From positions 868,180 to 932,179 of the forward strand of contig JAQGDQ010000005.1 of the NCBI GenBank assembly GCA_030141605.1: DNA of 64,000 nt, written 5' to 3'. A model generated the notes under the pieces. It worked only from the letters and a program-made list of their open reading frames with translations, had not been told where the DNA came from and did not search any database. Numbering within the stretch: position 1 is the stretch's first letter; every line of letters starts with the position of its first letter. The stretch is from Tubiluchus corallicola (taxonomy: Eukaryota > Animalia > Priapulida). A program made the translations under genes and the position numbers. Positions 37,666 to 49,390 of the stretch are shown here, piece by piece.

Positions 37666-39604
37666 TTTCTTTCTTGCAGTTATTTATAAATTTAACTAGT
37701 TTTATAGATGAAAAATGAAAGTGAGACGGTCTGCCCACGCGAACACAGCGAAAAGCAGCAGCCTTTCGCTTACGTACTTATAGTAAAATGTTGGCACAAC
37801 TTTCCGTTTTACGATTTTCACTTGTAACCAAACTTGTTGTATAGCCTTGAGCAAACAACATTGATCTTCAGTAAATAACGACTTTACAAATATCTACGTT
37901 CAGTATAGATAAGTTTCTCGGGAGCTGTCGATCAATGATATTGAACCACAGTCAGCATATGCGCAGAAGAAACATACCTGCTGACGCAATCACTGAGTAA
38001 TTATGACATCGAGTTGGCTCTCTTTGGTGATACAGATCAACCATAACAAATCGTTTACAACGCCATTTCGTCTTCTACTGAAATTATTAGTGCTCAGTTA
38101 CTTTTTTTAATTTTCATCGATAAAAATATAATATAATTTTTAATATTTCAATTTTTAGGTTTAAATGCATATCAAAATATCTACCATTATTGTGTATTTT
38201 TATTACATTTTTTTTCTTTTCGTTCATCTGTAGCTTACTAATTGATTTTAAATAATGTATACTACTTGTATACGCAGTTTTAATAATGCAAATTCTGATA
38301 ATTATACTGTATAATTATTCGAATTATTTATTTATACTGAGTAATGCATCCCTTGTCATTTGCGCATATGTACTTATTTTAGTAATTCACAAGTTTCAAC
38401 AAACATATGCGTGTCAATGTTTCGTCAAAAAATTTACAAATTTATCTTGAAGAAAAATGCTTTACGTTATAAAACACAAGTTGCTTACCTTGTTCCCCAA
38501 AAAATACTTTCTTGAATAGAATAATAATTAATGGCTTTGATGGATAAAAATGTAATTTGTTTTAAGGATTTTTTGTTTTTTTAATCATTTACTGAATAAT
38601 CATGTCTAGTGGCAAAAGGTAAATTGCTTATAACTCATAATTATATAATCAACATTATAATAATTCTAATATTATAAAATATTATATCACGTATCGTATA
38701 CGAGTCAGTCAAAAATTGTTTTTATAGTGAGTTTATAATTTGTAACACGTTACGCACATCGTGTAATCAATAAAGTTTCAGAAGCCTATTAATTAACATG
38801 AGTATTTTCAAGTTAATGTTAATTCGCTCGTTTCATAAACTGATGTTGTTTTTTAGATTAAATGTTTTCACAAAAGAGCAGTTTTAATGTAGCACGCGGA
38901 CGCGTTTGGTTTGGGGGTACGGAATAGATAAAATTGGTTTATGTTGTTTTCAATCCATCCGTTTATGCAGCCGGTGTATGCGTTATTCTTTTTCTGCATC
39001 TATTTCCTATTGATTTCTTCCGCGGGCTGTTCGGCATTGGAAAACGCACCCGCATCCGCATCTGCATACACGTGAACGCCACTTTATATGACGTGTACAT
39101 AACGGTCATCTTGCCACCTTGTGAGCATGAAAAACATTAATATCATTAAAAAAAATTTTACAAATGAAGTAACTTGTTACGCACGGTTTTTTCATTTGTT
39201 TTAGGTGACCTCTGCATGATCCACAATGGGTCAAATTTGATAGAATAAAAAATTTTTTAAGCAAATCTTTTCTTAAACAAAAAAAATCACTAATAAAATG
39301 AGGTACCCGTGCGAAATTCGAGCATAATATTGAAACCGACGTCGACAAGTTAATATTTCTTTAGTCTTCCTGACTTAGTCATAACTGACAAAATTTTCCA
39401 TCTAAATCTAGACTACTTAAATTCATTATTCGTTATTAGGAATTTCCTTTGTATTTTAATTACATTAAATTTTATCTCCATTTTATTGCGAAATATGTAT
39501 TTTTATTGTAAAATGTTTCTTAAGGAGAGCTTATTGTTCTATCAATCATGGCGTCTGAAATAATGCGATATGTTTAGTAAAAGTGCCATAGAAGCAATTT
39601 CTTG

Positions 39605-39687
39605 TGTCATCGTTTTGAATGTTTCTGGTTATGTCATATAAATATTAATTTTGTGTGACATAATCAGAAACACTCGAAACGATGACA
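39605..39687. repeat. 83-nt near-perfect palindrome/hairpin
   Basis: TGTCATCGTTTTGAATGTTTCTGGTTATGTCATATAAAT pairs with TTTTGTGTGACATAATCAGAAACACTCGAAACGATGACA. Confidence 0.85.
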
Positions 39688-40379
39688 ATGTGCCCTGTGT
39701 AATACCCAAGAAGCTACAACTGAAGATTGTAGTCAAGTAAATGTTTACAGGGTTGATGCCCGTGATCTACATGATTCGAATATGGAAATTACAAGAAGAA
39801 AATCTAGTATTTAGTTCATGACGGCCATTATGGAATCTACAAAACAATGAGGAGTAATGATATGAAGCTGTATGTTGTTCTTGTGGATCCTGCAGTCGCT
39901 CGAATTGAGGGTTACTTGCTGATTGTTGCAATGAGGACCAAGACTGAACCTCTGAATTTAGACATCAAACTGCTTTTGGATTTGTATTTCTTCTTGTAGT
40001 TGTTTATAGGAAAATATTAGGTATAATTGGTTTTGCATGGCAACATTGTTTTGCATGTTCTAACAGAGCCTTCCGTCTGGTTCTGCTTTTTTGATTACGC
40101 TTCTAATGAGTGTAATTACTAATATTATTATTGAAACACGTGTAACTTAAAGTGTTAAAATTGCCAAAACCAATAAGAATGACTGATAAACGGGATAACC
40201 CAGTCCGTGAGTATTGTGCCGGGACCATAGATGTATTAGCAATTGGTCCTACACTTTCACACAAACCAAATTTGCCCATTGATGATACTACTTTTGTAAT
40301 TATGCTCTGTTTTATGTGTGAAATAAAATATCATAGTCATAGTCATAGTCCTAGCAGTGCTAAACAAATCCGATGCCGA

Positions 40380-40460
40380 TGCGATTACGTCAGAAGGTTT
40401 CCGTGCTTGATCATGTAAATTTCTGTTGCTGGCAATTTTGCTCGGAAGTGGCGTTGACAA
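40380..40460 (+). promoter_or_regulatory. Candidate CDK9 promoter
   Basis: CpG-retaining patch with TTACGTCA (CRE/ATF-like, 40385) and CGGAAGTG (ETS-like, 40443). A possible non-coding exon donor AG|gtaata at 40734 could splice to the acceptor at 43890. Confidence 0.35.
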
Positions 40461-41113
40461 TCTATTGGCATAGTAGTGTCTAGTTTTTTACTGACTTACG
40501 GCTGTGTGTACCTGTATTTTCGAAATTTGCCTGCCCAATGTCTACAATAGACGTAATTGACATATGATGATGATGGGAATTCGGCATTGATGTGGATGAT
40601 GGCATGTCTGTAGTAAAGAAGTGGTGCTGACAAGCCACTGGCATTGCACTTAGCGTAGTTTTTTGCGACACCGGTGACAAACTTTAAAACATTTTAAGTT
40701 TTCTGCCAAAGCAACGACTTTTTGGCGACGACAGGTAATATTCACTGGTATTTGCTGTCGTGAATATTTCACGACAATTTAAGGAACATTTGGAGCATAC
40801 CGTAAAACACGGTGAATATGGACAATTTTTACATTCAAATTGCGATAACTTTTTTGTTAGTTTTTATTCTAAATTGTGTTTGGTAGTTATATGGCCACAT
40901 ACATAATTTATTACTTGAAGGTATTACTCTTATGACAAAAAAGTCTGACATTGTTTTTTATTTGAAAACCAGTGTCCCTGTTAACCCTGCATTTTAGGAT
41001 GATTAGGGACAGCCTTATTCTTGTACCCATGTTGCATTACATCGGTGATGAGGGACACAACTTATGTTTTAAAAAACAAGTTTTAAAATTGGTTACTTTG
41101 ATACCTAGGAATA

Positions 41114-42644
41114 CAGTATAGTCTGCTTATAACGAGTTTCAGGGGACTGTCAAAATTCGCTCGCTGTAACTGAATCTTGTTATAGCCGAGATCGCTTGTC
41201 TGAGTGTATGTGCTATATAGAAATGTAGGCTTTTAGGCTGCTATAATGTTAACCACGAAAAGATTGCTTTTTTGAGACTGGCACAGGTTCTTTAATGAGT
41301 GCCATTGTTCTGTAACCATTCTATCATAAAAGAGTAAACTTATAACATTTAAAAACTCCATTATTTTTATTATTAAGGCAGTATACAGCCTGCTTAAAAC
41401 TGCCGCATTGTTACTTTGATTGCGACGTCTTCTGACAGTCAAGGGTATTTTGCATAGGTGTTGCAATCATTTAAATGTCTGCACAAGACTCTGGATATCT
41501 GCGTGGGTGGAAAACATGCCTGACTTTTGTTTAACTTCTTCATGACAATGAATATTTGTGTAGTTTTGACATCCCCACTGAAAACACCCATAGTGCGAAA
41601 CTATATTTTCTGAAAGAGAATTAATTTTTCTTTCTAGCACTGTAAATAATATGCTTAGATTTTTTTATTTGTTTGTGTAATTAACAGGATGATACGAAAC
41701 ATATGTAGAATTTTTGTGTCAGAGTCTTCTAATCACCATAGTTTCTAGATAGCTTGTATCTAAAACTGTTCAACGTAAAAACTGTAGAGCATTCCGTTCT
41801 ACACAAGATTTTGCAAAAACTATTGAAATCACTTTAACTTTGTAAATTTGACAGCTGTTCAAACACGCTTAGGTATTATGAAATGTGTACAGGTACTCAA
41901 CCACTTGCTGTGAGTCTGCCCTATGATGGCTATTGAATTGACAGCCGGCACTGTCAATATGATAAGTACTAAGAATGATAACTAGCTGTATAGTAATTTA
42001 GGGTGACTCCAATTATACTATTTTATGAATTTGTTTACTTGCAACAGATTTTTCTTAGGCTGAAAACTTTGAAAAGTCACAGAATTATTTATTTTGCAAA
42101 GCAAAGCAGTTTATTTAAAAAACCTCTGTTATTGTACCTGCTTCATATTAAATTGCACCACTTTATTTAAGGAGCTGTCAAGTTTACTGTTATCTGTATC
42201 TGTCATGTTTCCTTACGTCTTGACAAACTAGTTATTTTTCTGTCTGAATCATTATGCTCCCTTCATTCTGATAGCAGTGTGTACAGCAGCACTTGTAGCT
42301 GCTGAGCTAACTGGCCAGCAGGTGTGCATGATCGTGCTGTACTATGATATACATAACATTGTTTTATAAGCGTGGTCAATAAATTTACCACCACTGCACA
42401 CCGAGATATTTTTGCTTCTATTGAACAGTGCCCATTTGCACATTGTATTAGAAGTTGCGCTCATTATAAATATGCAGGGTAAATACAATCATGGGGTCAA
42501 AAAATTCCCTCGTAATAAGCAAGATCTCGTACTATCGGGGCTCGCTGTAAGCAATGTTTAAACATATTATTTATGCCTAAGATATGGCGGGACTTTGAAA
42601 TTTCCTCGTAATAATCAGAGGCTCGTTATAAGTGCATGATACTG
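41114..42644. mobile_element. Tigger/pogo-like non-autonomous DNA transposon (~1.5 kb)
   Basis: TA|CAGTATAGTCTGCTTATAACGAG ... CTCGTTATAAGTGCATGATACTG|TA, with ctcgctgtaa/ctcgtaataa subterminal repeats. Confidence 0.65.
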
Positions 42645-43530
42645 TAGTAGGATAAATTTGTGAACCTTGGTTAACTAGCACTACTCCTAGATAGCACAAT
42701 CTATTACATATCATCAAACACCAAAATTCACCATTCTCTCCCATTGACCACATATCTTTGAACTAAATCCAACATTTTAGGATGGACTGTAGCTCCTCAT
42801 TGTATTGTATTGTTCTTGTGTTGTCTTGTATTGTTCTCCAGCAGGCAGTCCTTTATACGTGTGTGGCTTGCTGTCCCGATTCACTCCATTGTTTATTTCA
42901 AATCAAGTATAAAATTGATCATAAAATTCACAAAAAAATAGTGTGACTCAAAACTGAAAAAAATTGTTAGGTATTACTGAAGATAAGTCATTCATCTTCG
43001 AAATTCCTGCCAGCTACAAAATTACCACATCTGTCACACTGATTCGGCTTGTGCAATAAAATTTCTGAGTACTATTTTTTGTATTGTTAGTATGTCTCTG
43101 GTTTACAGTTGTCATTGCAACCAAGAGTGACTCCACATTAATATGATAGTGAGTCCTTTGTAGATAGTATATGCATCAGTTTTTTGGTTTATAAAATTAT
43201 AATGAACTGTACATTGTTTATTTCTTCAATATAATAGGAGCTTTAATAACTCTTCTTGGTTTTGTCCCTGTTCACCTAGCGTTCTTATTTATCCCGTTTT
43301 ATGGAATTTAGCAACTTTTGTACTTGGAAATTTTCAGATAGCCAATGAAATCACGAACCCTGTGAAACCATAGCATTAATAGTACTCTGCTGCACATCAG
43401 CTAATAGCAACAATAATATTAAAAATTTGATGTTAAAATTTATTTTTAAAAGTATGAGTTCAGGTCATTAAGCTTTTGAATATTCGTCCATGGTATCTGT
43501 TTAATCTTGCTATTAAACATTCACTGTCAG

Positions 43531-43592
43531 TTGTTTGAAACATTTATCAAGCTGTAGTACATTGTTTGAAACATTTATCAAGCTGTAGTACA
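43531..43592. repeat. Perfect 31-bp tandem duplication
   Basis: ttgtttgaaacatttatcaagctgtagtaca x2. Confidence 0.9.
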
Positions 43593-43952
43593 TTAGTAAC
43601 TATAGCCTCATTGTCAGTTTCAAATTTTTCAGTTTTAATGTCTCCCAAACTCACTTGTTTTTCCAATGATTATGGTATCAGATTTGATGACCCCCATGGT
43701 ATGTCGCTGCCATTTCTCTAGCAATAGTATACTAACAAAACTTTTTTTGTTATAGAAAGTCATTTGAGCTGAACGGCTTTGACTTGTTGACTGAATCTGA
43801 TGTGACTGACTGACTAATTTTCTATAATTCGCAAGAAGTTGCTTTAAGGAAAAGAGGCTTTTATTATTTTGGTATATAAATTGCTTATAGGTAGGTTTGA
43901 AGTGAGTAAATGCAGTTGTCAAGGTACATCACACTCAAGTGGAAGCTAAAGT

Positions 43953-46900
43953 ATGGCTTTGCTCATCAATAAACCTGAAGACTTTGATTATCCTTATTGT
44001 GATGATGTTGGAAAGTATGAAAGACTTACGAAAATTGGTCAAGGAACATTTGGGTATGTTTGGTCGTAATCTGTACATTACGCATTACGATAGTGATCGC
44101 AGTTTCAGACAAAAAGCAAATTTTTCAATAGAATAATGTGTGATATAATAGTTAGGCCTGTTTATTAAAAGCAACCCCATTATATTATTATTATTATTAT
44201 TATTAAATCTACATGAGAAAGTGATTTTTCAATAGGTAAAAAAGCAGTCTTAAGCAGAACTGGTAAGCAGTTCTACACACGTTGTGATGCATCAAATTTC
44301 TCGACCTGATTATTTGATACTTAGATGCATGCTTCGTCCATTCTTTTCATGTAATGTTGATGCATACATAATTGCCATCTTAACGCACGTGCATCTGAAT
44401 AGGAAAGTTGAAAGTGTGCTTGAACATTGCAAGCAAACATGGCTGCACCCTATGGGAAAACAGAAATCGTATAATATTTGTTCTGACTGAAACATTCAGC
44501 TATTTGAAATTATGTGCAAAATTGGAGAATATTTAAAGAAGTTAAATGTCTGGTTATTTATACCACGGGAAAGTAAGTGTAGAGGCCCAATTTTGGCCAT
44601 ATAGGCTTACATTTTTGCCATAAAAATCTACCCGTATATGTACGGTTACTTGGAATGCGAGAGTAATGCGCAGTTTGTGTTTGTGGTTGTTATTGTCATT
44701 ATTATTATTACTAGCAAAGGCCCCTCAAAAAATTTTGCGTACAAATACATTTATCAAAAATACGCGAATACCTACATAGTCCTCATTTATAACTCAAAGC
44801 GAGTAGCAGTTTTTACTGAATTAAAGTTATAAGGTTACAGACAGACTATAATGGATGACGTCACAACAATTGCTTTGCGTCAGCAGCGGAAAAACGCCAT
44901 CACAGGGCACCGCGGCCCTCCCCCGAATTCTAAATATGGCTATAACACCCACCGTTGAACGGGCTATTTAACCATTACTGGCATCATGCCAGGTACGTTC
45001 CCGTTCTTCAGAAATAAGAGGTATAAGTTTTGCAAAAAATGTCCGTTTTTGGAGGTTTTTTGGCCCCCATTCATCCCGGTGGCACCAAATCGAAAAATAA
45101 ACCCTTGGGTGGAGACCTTTCATTTGACATATAGATCGTTGAAAATGGTGCAGTCGTCGCAGCTGTAGCCTCGTCGGTTATCTATCCACCCATATATATA
45201 CATATATATATATATACCAGCGAAATTAATATATACGATTATTACTATTTGCCTCTATCTGTTTAGGAATATTCTTGATAATGAGCTAGGTTAAGGTTTT
45301 GCCACAACATCCGTATTGTAGGCCACAAGGTTGAGGAGTGGTTTAGTGCTGAGCTATGTAAAAGAATAAAATAATGATCTAATTTTCTGGCTTGTTTGTA
45401 ATAATTTTACAGAGAAGTGTTCAAGGCAAGAGAGAAAGGGCCTTCAAAACGTCTCGTGGCTTTGAAGAAGATACTGATGGAAAATGAAAAAGAAGGAGTA
45501 CGTGTGAATTTTTTGTTTCCGTGTAATGATGTATTCGCTTTCTTGTACTTACATTAATACCGATTTACTGAATGGCTATTCATGCTTTAGTACATTGTTT
45601 TTGAAATGTTATAGTATACTGCATGTGATTATTGGTTATTCGAGTTTAAAAAGGCTTTCCTCTTGATTGCTTTTGTTGCAACTTTTTAAGTGTCAGAAAG
45701 ATATTTACCAAGATATTGTGATTGCTACTTGATTAAAAAACTGATTTTATAATTTATGTACACATTGACTAAGCCAGTTACCGTTCAACAGATATCTCTT
45801 ATAAATATGAAAATTTATTAATATTTACAGTTGTCTTTGATGAGGAGAATAGTTGAGTTTTTATGGCATCATTCCTTTAATGTGCTTGGCTACAAAAGAT
45901 GATAATGACTGAGCCAAGTTATTAAGTCGAGTGATTACTTGTGGGTGACAATTTAGCAGCAGGGCTTGCTTCAATTTAGCAGTAGGGCTTGCCTCAATTT
46001 TGCAGTAGGGCTTGCTGGAAAGTATATTGTGCACACCAAAAACTTTTGTTGCAAGGTAAATATAGCTGTTTCATTAACATGGGGTGTGCTTGCTTAGCAA
46101 ATGAAGTTAAGCTAAAACTGCTTAGTGAATAGATGGGTGACTCACCAAATTCATGCATGTTATGGGTAGATTTACCGAGCTGTCTTCGATTATCTCTCTC
46201 GTTAGAAGAGTATATACTTATATGCATATTTTAAGCATGGTAAAGATGCCTGTGCCAGTTCAGTAACTCAACATAAAGAATTATTTTTGGTAATAAAGTT
46301 AGGAGCCACTCCTGCTACAATCTTTCAACTGTAATTAGGCTCTGGAGTTAAATACTGGATTCCAGATTATAGTTTGCTGAACTGTAGTGTAGAAACTGTA
46401 TTTATGTTGCAGTTTCCCATCACGGCTCTCAGGGAGATAAAAATACTGCAGTTACTGAAGCATGATAATGTTGTCCGACTGATTGAAATTTGTCGAACAA
46501 AAGGTAAGTAGTTTACAGTACTGAGTATGTGCCACATATATCAAAGAGTTACTAGTTCTAAATTTGATTTATCTAAAAAAAATTCATAATAAAAAATCAT
46601 TGTTAAACAACTCAAAATGTTCATGTGTATGTGTGACATTTACATGGTGAGAATATATTTGAAAAGTGTGCATTTGGACTGTGTAGTATTTACATAGATT
46701 TCCATTTTTCGGTGCTATTTTGTGAGTGTGCATTATTGTGTATCGGCGACATAATATTTTGCATCATAAATGTGGCTTTTGTGTTAAACATCAAACATTT
46801 GTCTATTTCTTACAGCTACTCCATACAACCGGAATAAGAGCACATTCTATTTGGTTTTCGAGTTCTGTGAGCATGACTTAGCTGGCTTACTAAGCAATTA

Positions 46901-49390
46901 TAATGTGAAATTCAACCTGGGCGAGATCAAGAAAGTTATGCAACAATTACTTAATGGACTTTACTTCATTCATTCAAATAAGGTTTGTATTGATATGGTG
47001 ACTGATTTATTTTATGATTTGTGTGAGGGTTTGTTATTTAAAACAAGTAAAACTTCACTGATTATTTATTATTGTTGTCGCCACTGTGAAAAGAAGTCTT
47101 GTTTGGGATTCCTCAATATATTGTTGGGAATTTTCAAAACCGAATTTTTAAGTTGCATGATTGCAAAGCAAGCTGTCACAAAACATTTTAGTTTTGGCAC
47201 TATCGAGTTAACTGTCTCCAGAAAAAGCTATTTAATGCTTTTACTAACCTTAACTGTAAATAATAGCATACTGTATGTAATTAGGCAATGAACTCGTTGC
47301 CTATGTTGAAGATATTTTTTCACTTACTTTCTAGACACTTAAAAGAAAGAACAGTGCATTTTAATTATTGTTCTACCAGCTAGTGCTGCTCTTCATTATT
47401 TGAAAGACTACAGTTAGAAAAAAATGTTTGTGCCAAAAGCCAAAATGACTATTGGTAGCTTACCTTCAAAAAAAGTTTGTTTAGTCCAAAAAATTAGTTT
47501 AACTAAACTGGCAATTTGTGCACCATTAATTTTTCAAAGTGTAAACAAGTTAACGAATTTATTCCAGTTTCACGACACAGGGCTGGCCTTAAGCCAATTC
47601 GACCAATTTCGCAGAATCAGGCCCCGTGCTAGACATCTACTTTCTGCTTACTATGTACACACAACGATGCACTGCAAAGACTGATTACTGCTATGTGCAG
47701 TAATCAGTTATGTGCAGCCCTTGCTGCCATGAGCATTAAGCTTATACAGCTGTTAGTTCTATGTGATACCTACATAAGCATTAGCAATCTAAAAGACAAT
47801 CTCTAAATTTGCTAGTAGCTAGAGCACATCATCTGTAGACATCGCTGTTTTTTTGGCGTTTTGTTTAAACTTCCAACTGTGTACTTTTCAGTTGTGATCT
47901 ATACATTTTCTTTTCTACTTGTCGTGCTTATGTGTGTGTGCAATTTTTATTTAAAATTGTAGCCGTTTGTTCCATTAGCTCGTATGCATTGCACTTTTAA
48001 GCACGTTTTAACTTCATTCTGTCACAAAAACATAAAGTAATAGCATATTTTTGTGATTTTACAGACATTAGCTGGGAGCCTGGGTCCCATCAGCATTGTT
48101 TCCAGTAGGGCTCGCGTCTTTTACGAGCAGCACTAGTCAGTCGACCATTACAAATTGTACTGCTTGTACTGCTCGAGTTTTTCAAGTTTACAAAGTCATA
48201 CTTGAAACACGAGATCTGCAATCAGTAAATTCCTATACATACAAACCTTATAAGCGAGTTTTTAGTTGTGAAACTTCACTGAACAAGTCTTTTAATAAAT
48301 GGTGAAATGGCTTTGGTGAAAATAAGGTAATGGTATCTATTTTACAGATTTTACATAGAGATATGAAAGCGGCAAATATACTCATCACAAAAAATGGCAT
48401 TTTGAAGCTAGCTGATTTTGGCCTTGCCCGTGCATTTAGCCTTCCTAAGCCAAATCAGGCTAATTTGCGGTACACTAACAGAGTGGTGACACTGTGGTAT
48501 CGACCTCCGGAATTGTTGCTCGGTACAGTTATTAGAAATTTTACTGCTATTAGTCACTAGTATACTCTTTGTAAGAAAAACAAAGAAATTAACTCTTCTA
48601 TGTATTATACTGAGTTTCAGAAGCTAATTATCTTCTCAAACAGCATTCTTGAATGCTTCATGTAAATGTGGTGCACATATATTTGGTGTCATGTTCAAGT
48701 TGATTTATGCCATGCATAGCATCATAACAATGCTAGAGCTTCATAAGTAGACTGAAACAAAATCTATAGTCCTTATTTCTGTGTAAAATATTTCATACTG
48801 ATTGGTTACATCTTGTAATTTTATTAATATCTGAGACGTCAGCAAGTCATTAAAATTTATAATTTTATTTGCCAGGTGAACGAAACTACGGTCCAGCAAT
48901 TGACATGTGGGGTGCAGGTTGTATAATGGCAGAAATGTGGACGAGGAGTCCGATCATGCAGGGAGCTGCAGAACAACATCAGCTTACGCTAATCAGCCAG
49001 CTGTGTGGTTCAATAACACCAGAAGTTTGGCCCAATGTTACCAGACTAGAATTATACAACACGCTTGAACTTCCGAAAGGTCAAAAGCGAAAAGTGAAGG
49101 AGCGCTTAAAGCTATATGTGAAGGACCCGTATGCATTAGACTTGCTGGACAAGTTGCTGACTTTAGATCCTTCTAAACGAATGGACAGTGATAATGCACT
49201 GAATCATGATTTCTTCTGGAATGATCCAATGCCGTGTGACCTTAGTCGCATGTTATCGGTTCACACACAATCGATGTTCGAGTTTTTAGTTCCAAGTCGC
49301 CGGCAGCGTCCGCATGCTGCACACCATGGCACTGCCTCTAGACAACCACAGCAACAAGCACAGGATCAACACTATGACCGTGTCTTTTAA
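43953..49390 (+). CDS. CDK9: Cyclin-dependent kinase 9 (P-TEFb catalytic subunit); 6 coding exons
   Basis: Exons 43953-44053, 45413-45497, 46413-46503, 46816-46982, 48348-48522, 48876-49390. Motifs [57 protein letters not shown] and a C-terminal DRVF. Confidence 0.98.
44710..45239 (+). mobile_element. Helentron-associated (DINE-1/HINE-like) non-autonomous element in CDK9 intron 1
   Basis: Begins ACTAGCAAAGGCCC, has a CpG-rich body and (TA)n microsatellite, and ends GAAATTAATATATACGAT. Inserted into an (ATT)n run. Confidence 0.6.
45949..46016. repeat. 23-bp minisatellite x3
   Basis: caattt(a/t)gcag(c/t)agggcttgc(t/c)t. Confidence 0.85.

Noticed and set aside
47680-47708. 12-bp perfect hairpin in a CDK9 intron
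   Set aside because: Too short and AT-rich to support a function, and adjacent to a MITE-like end at ~47577.
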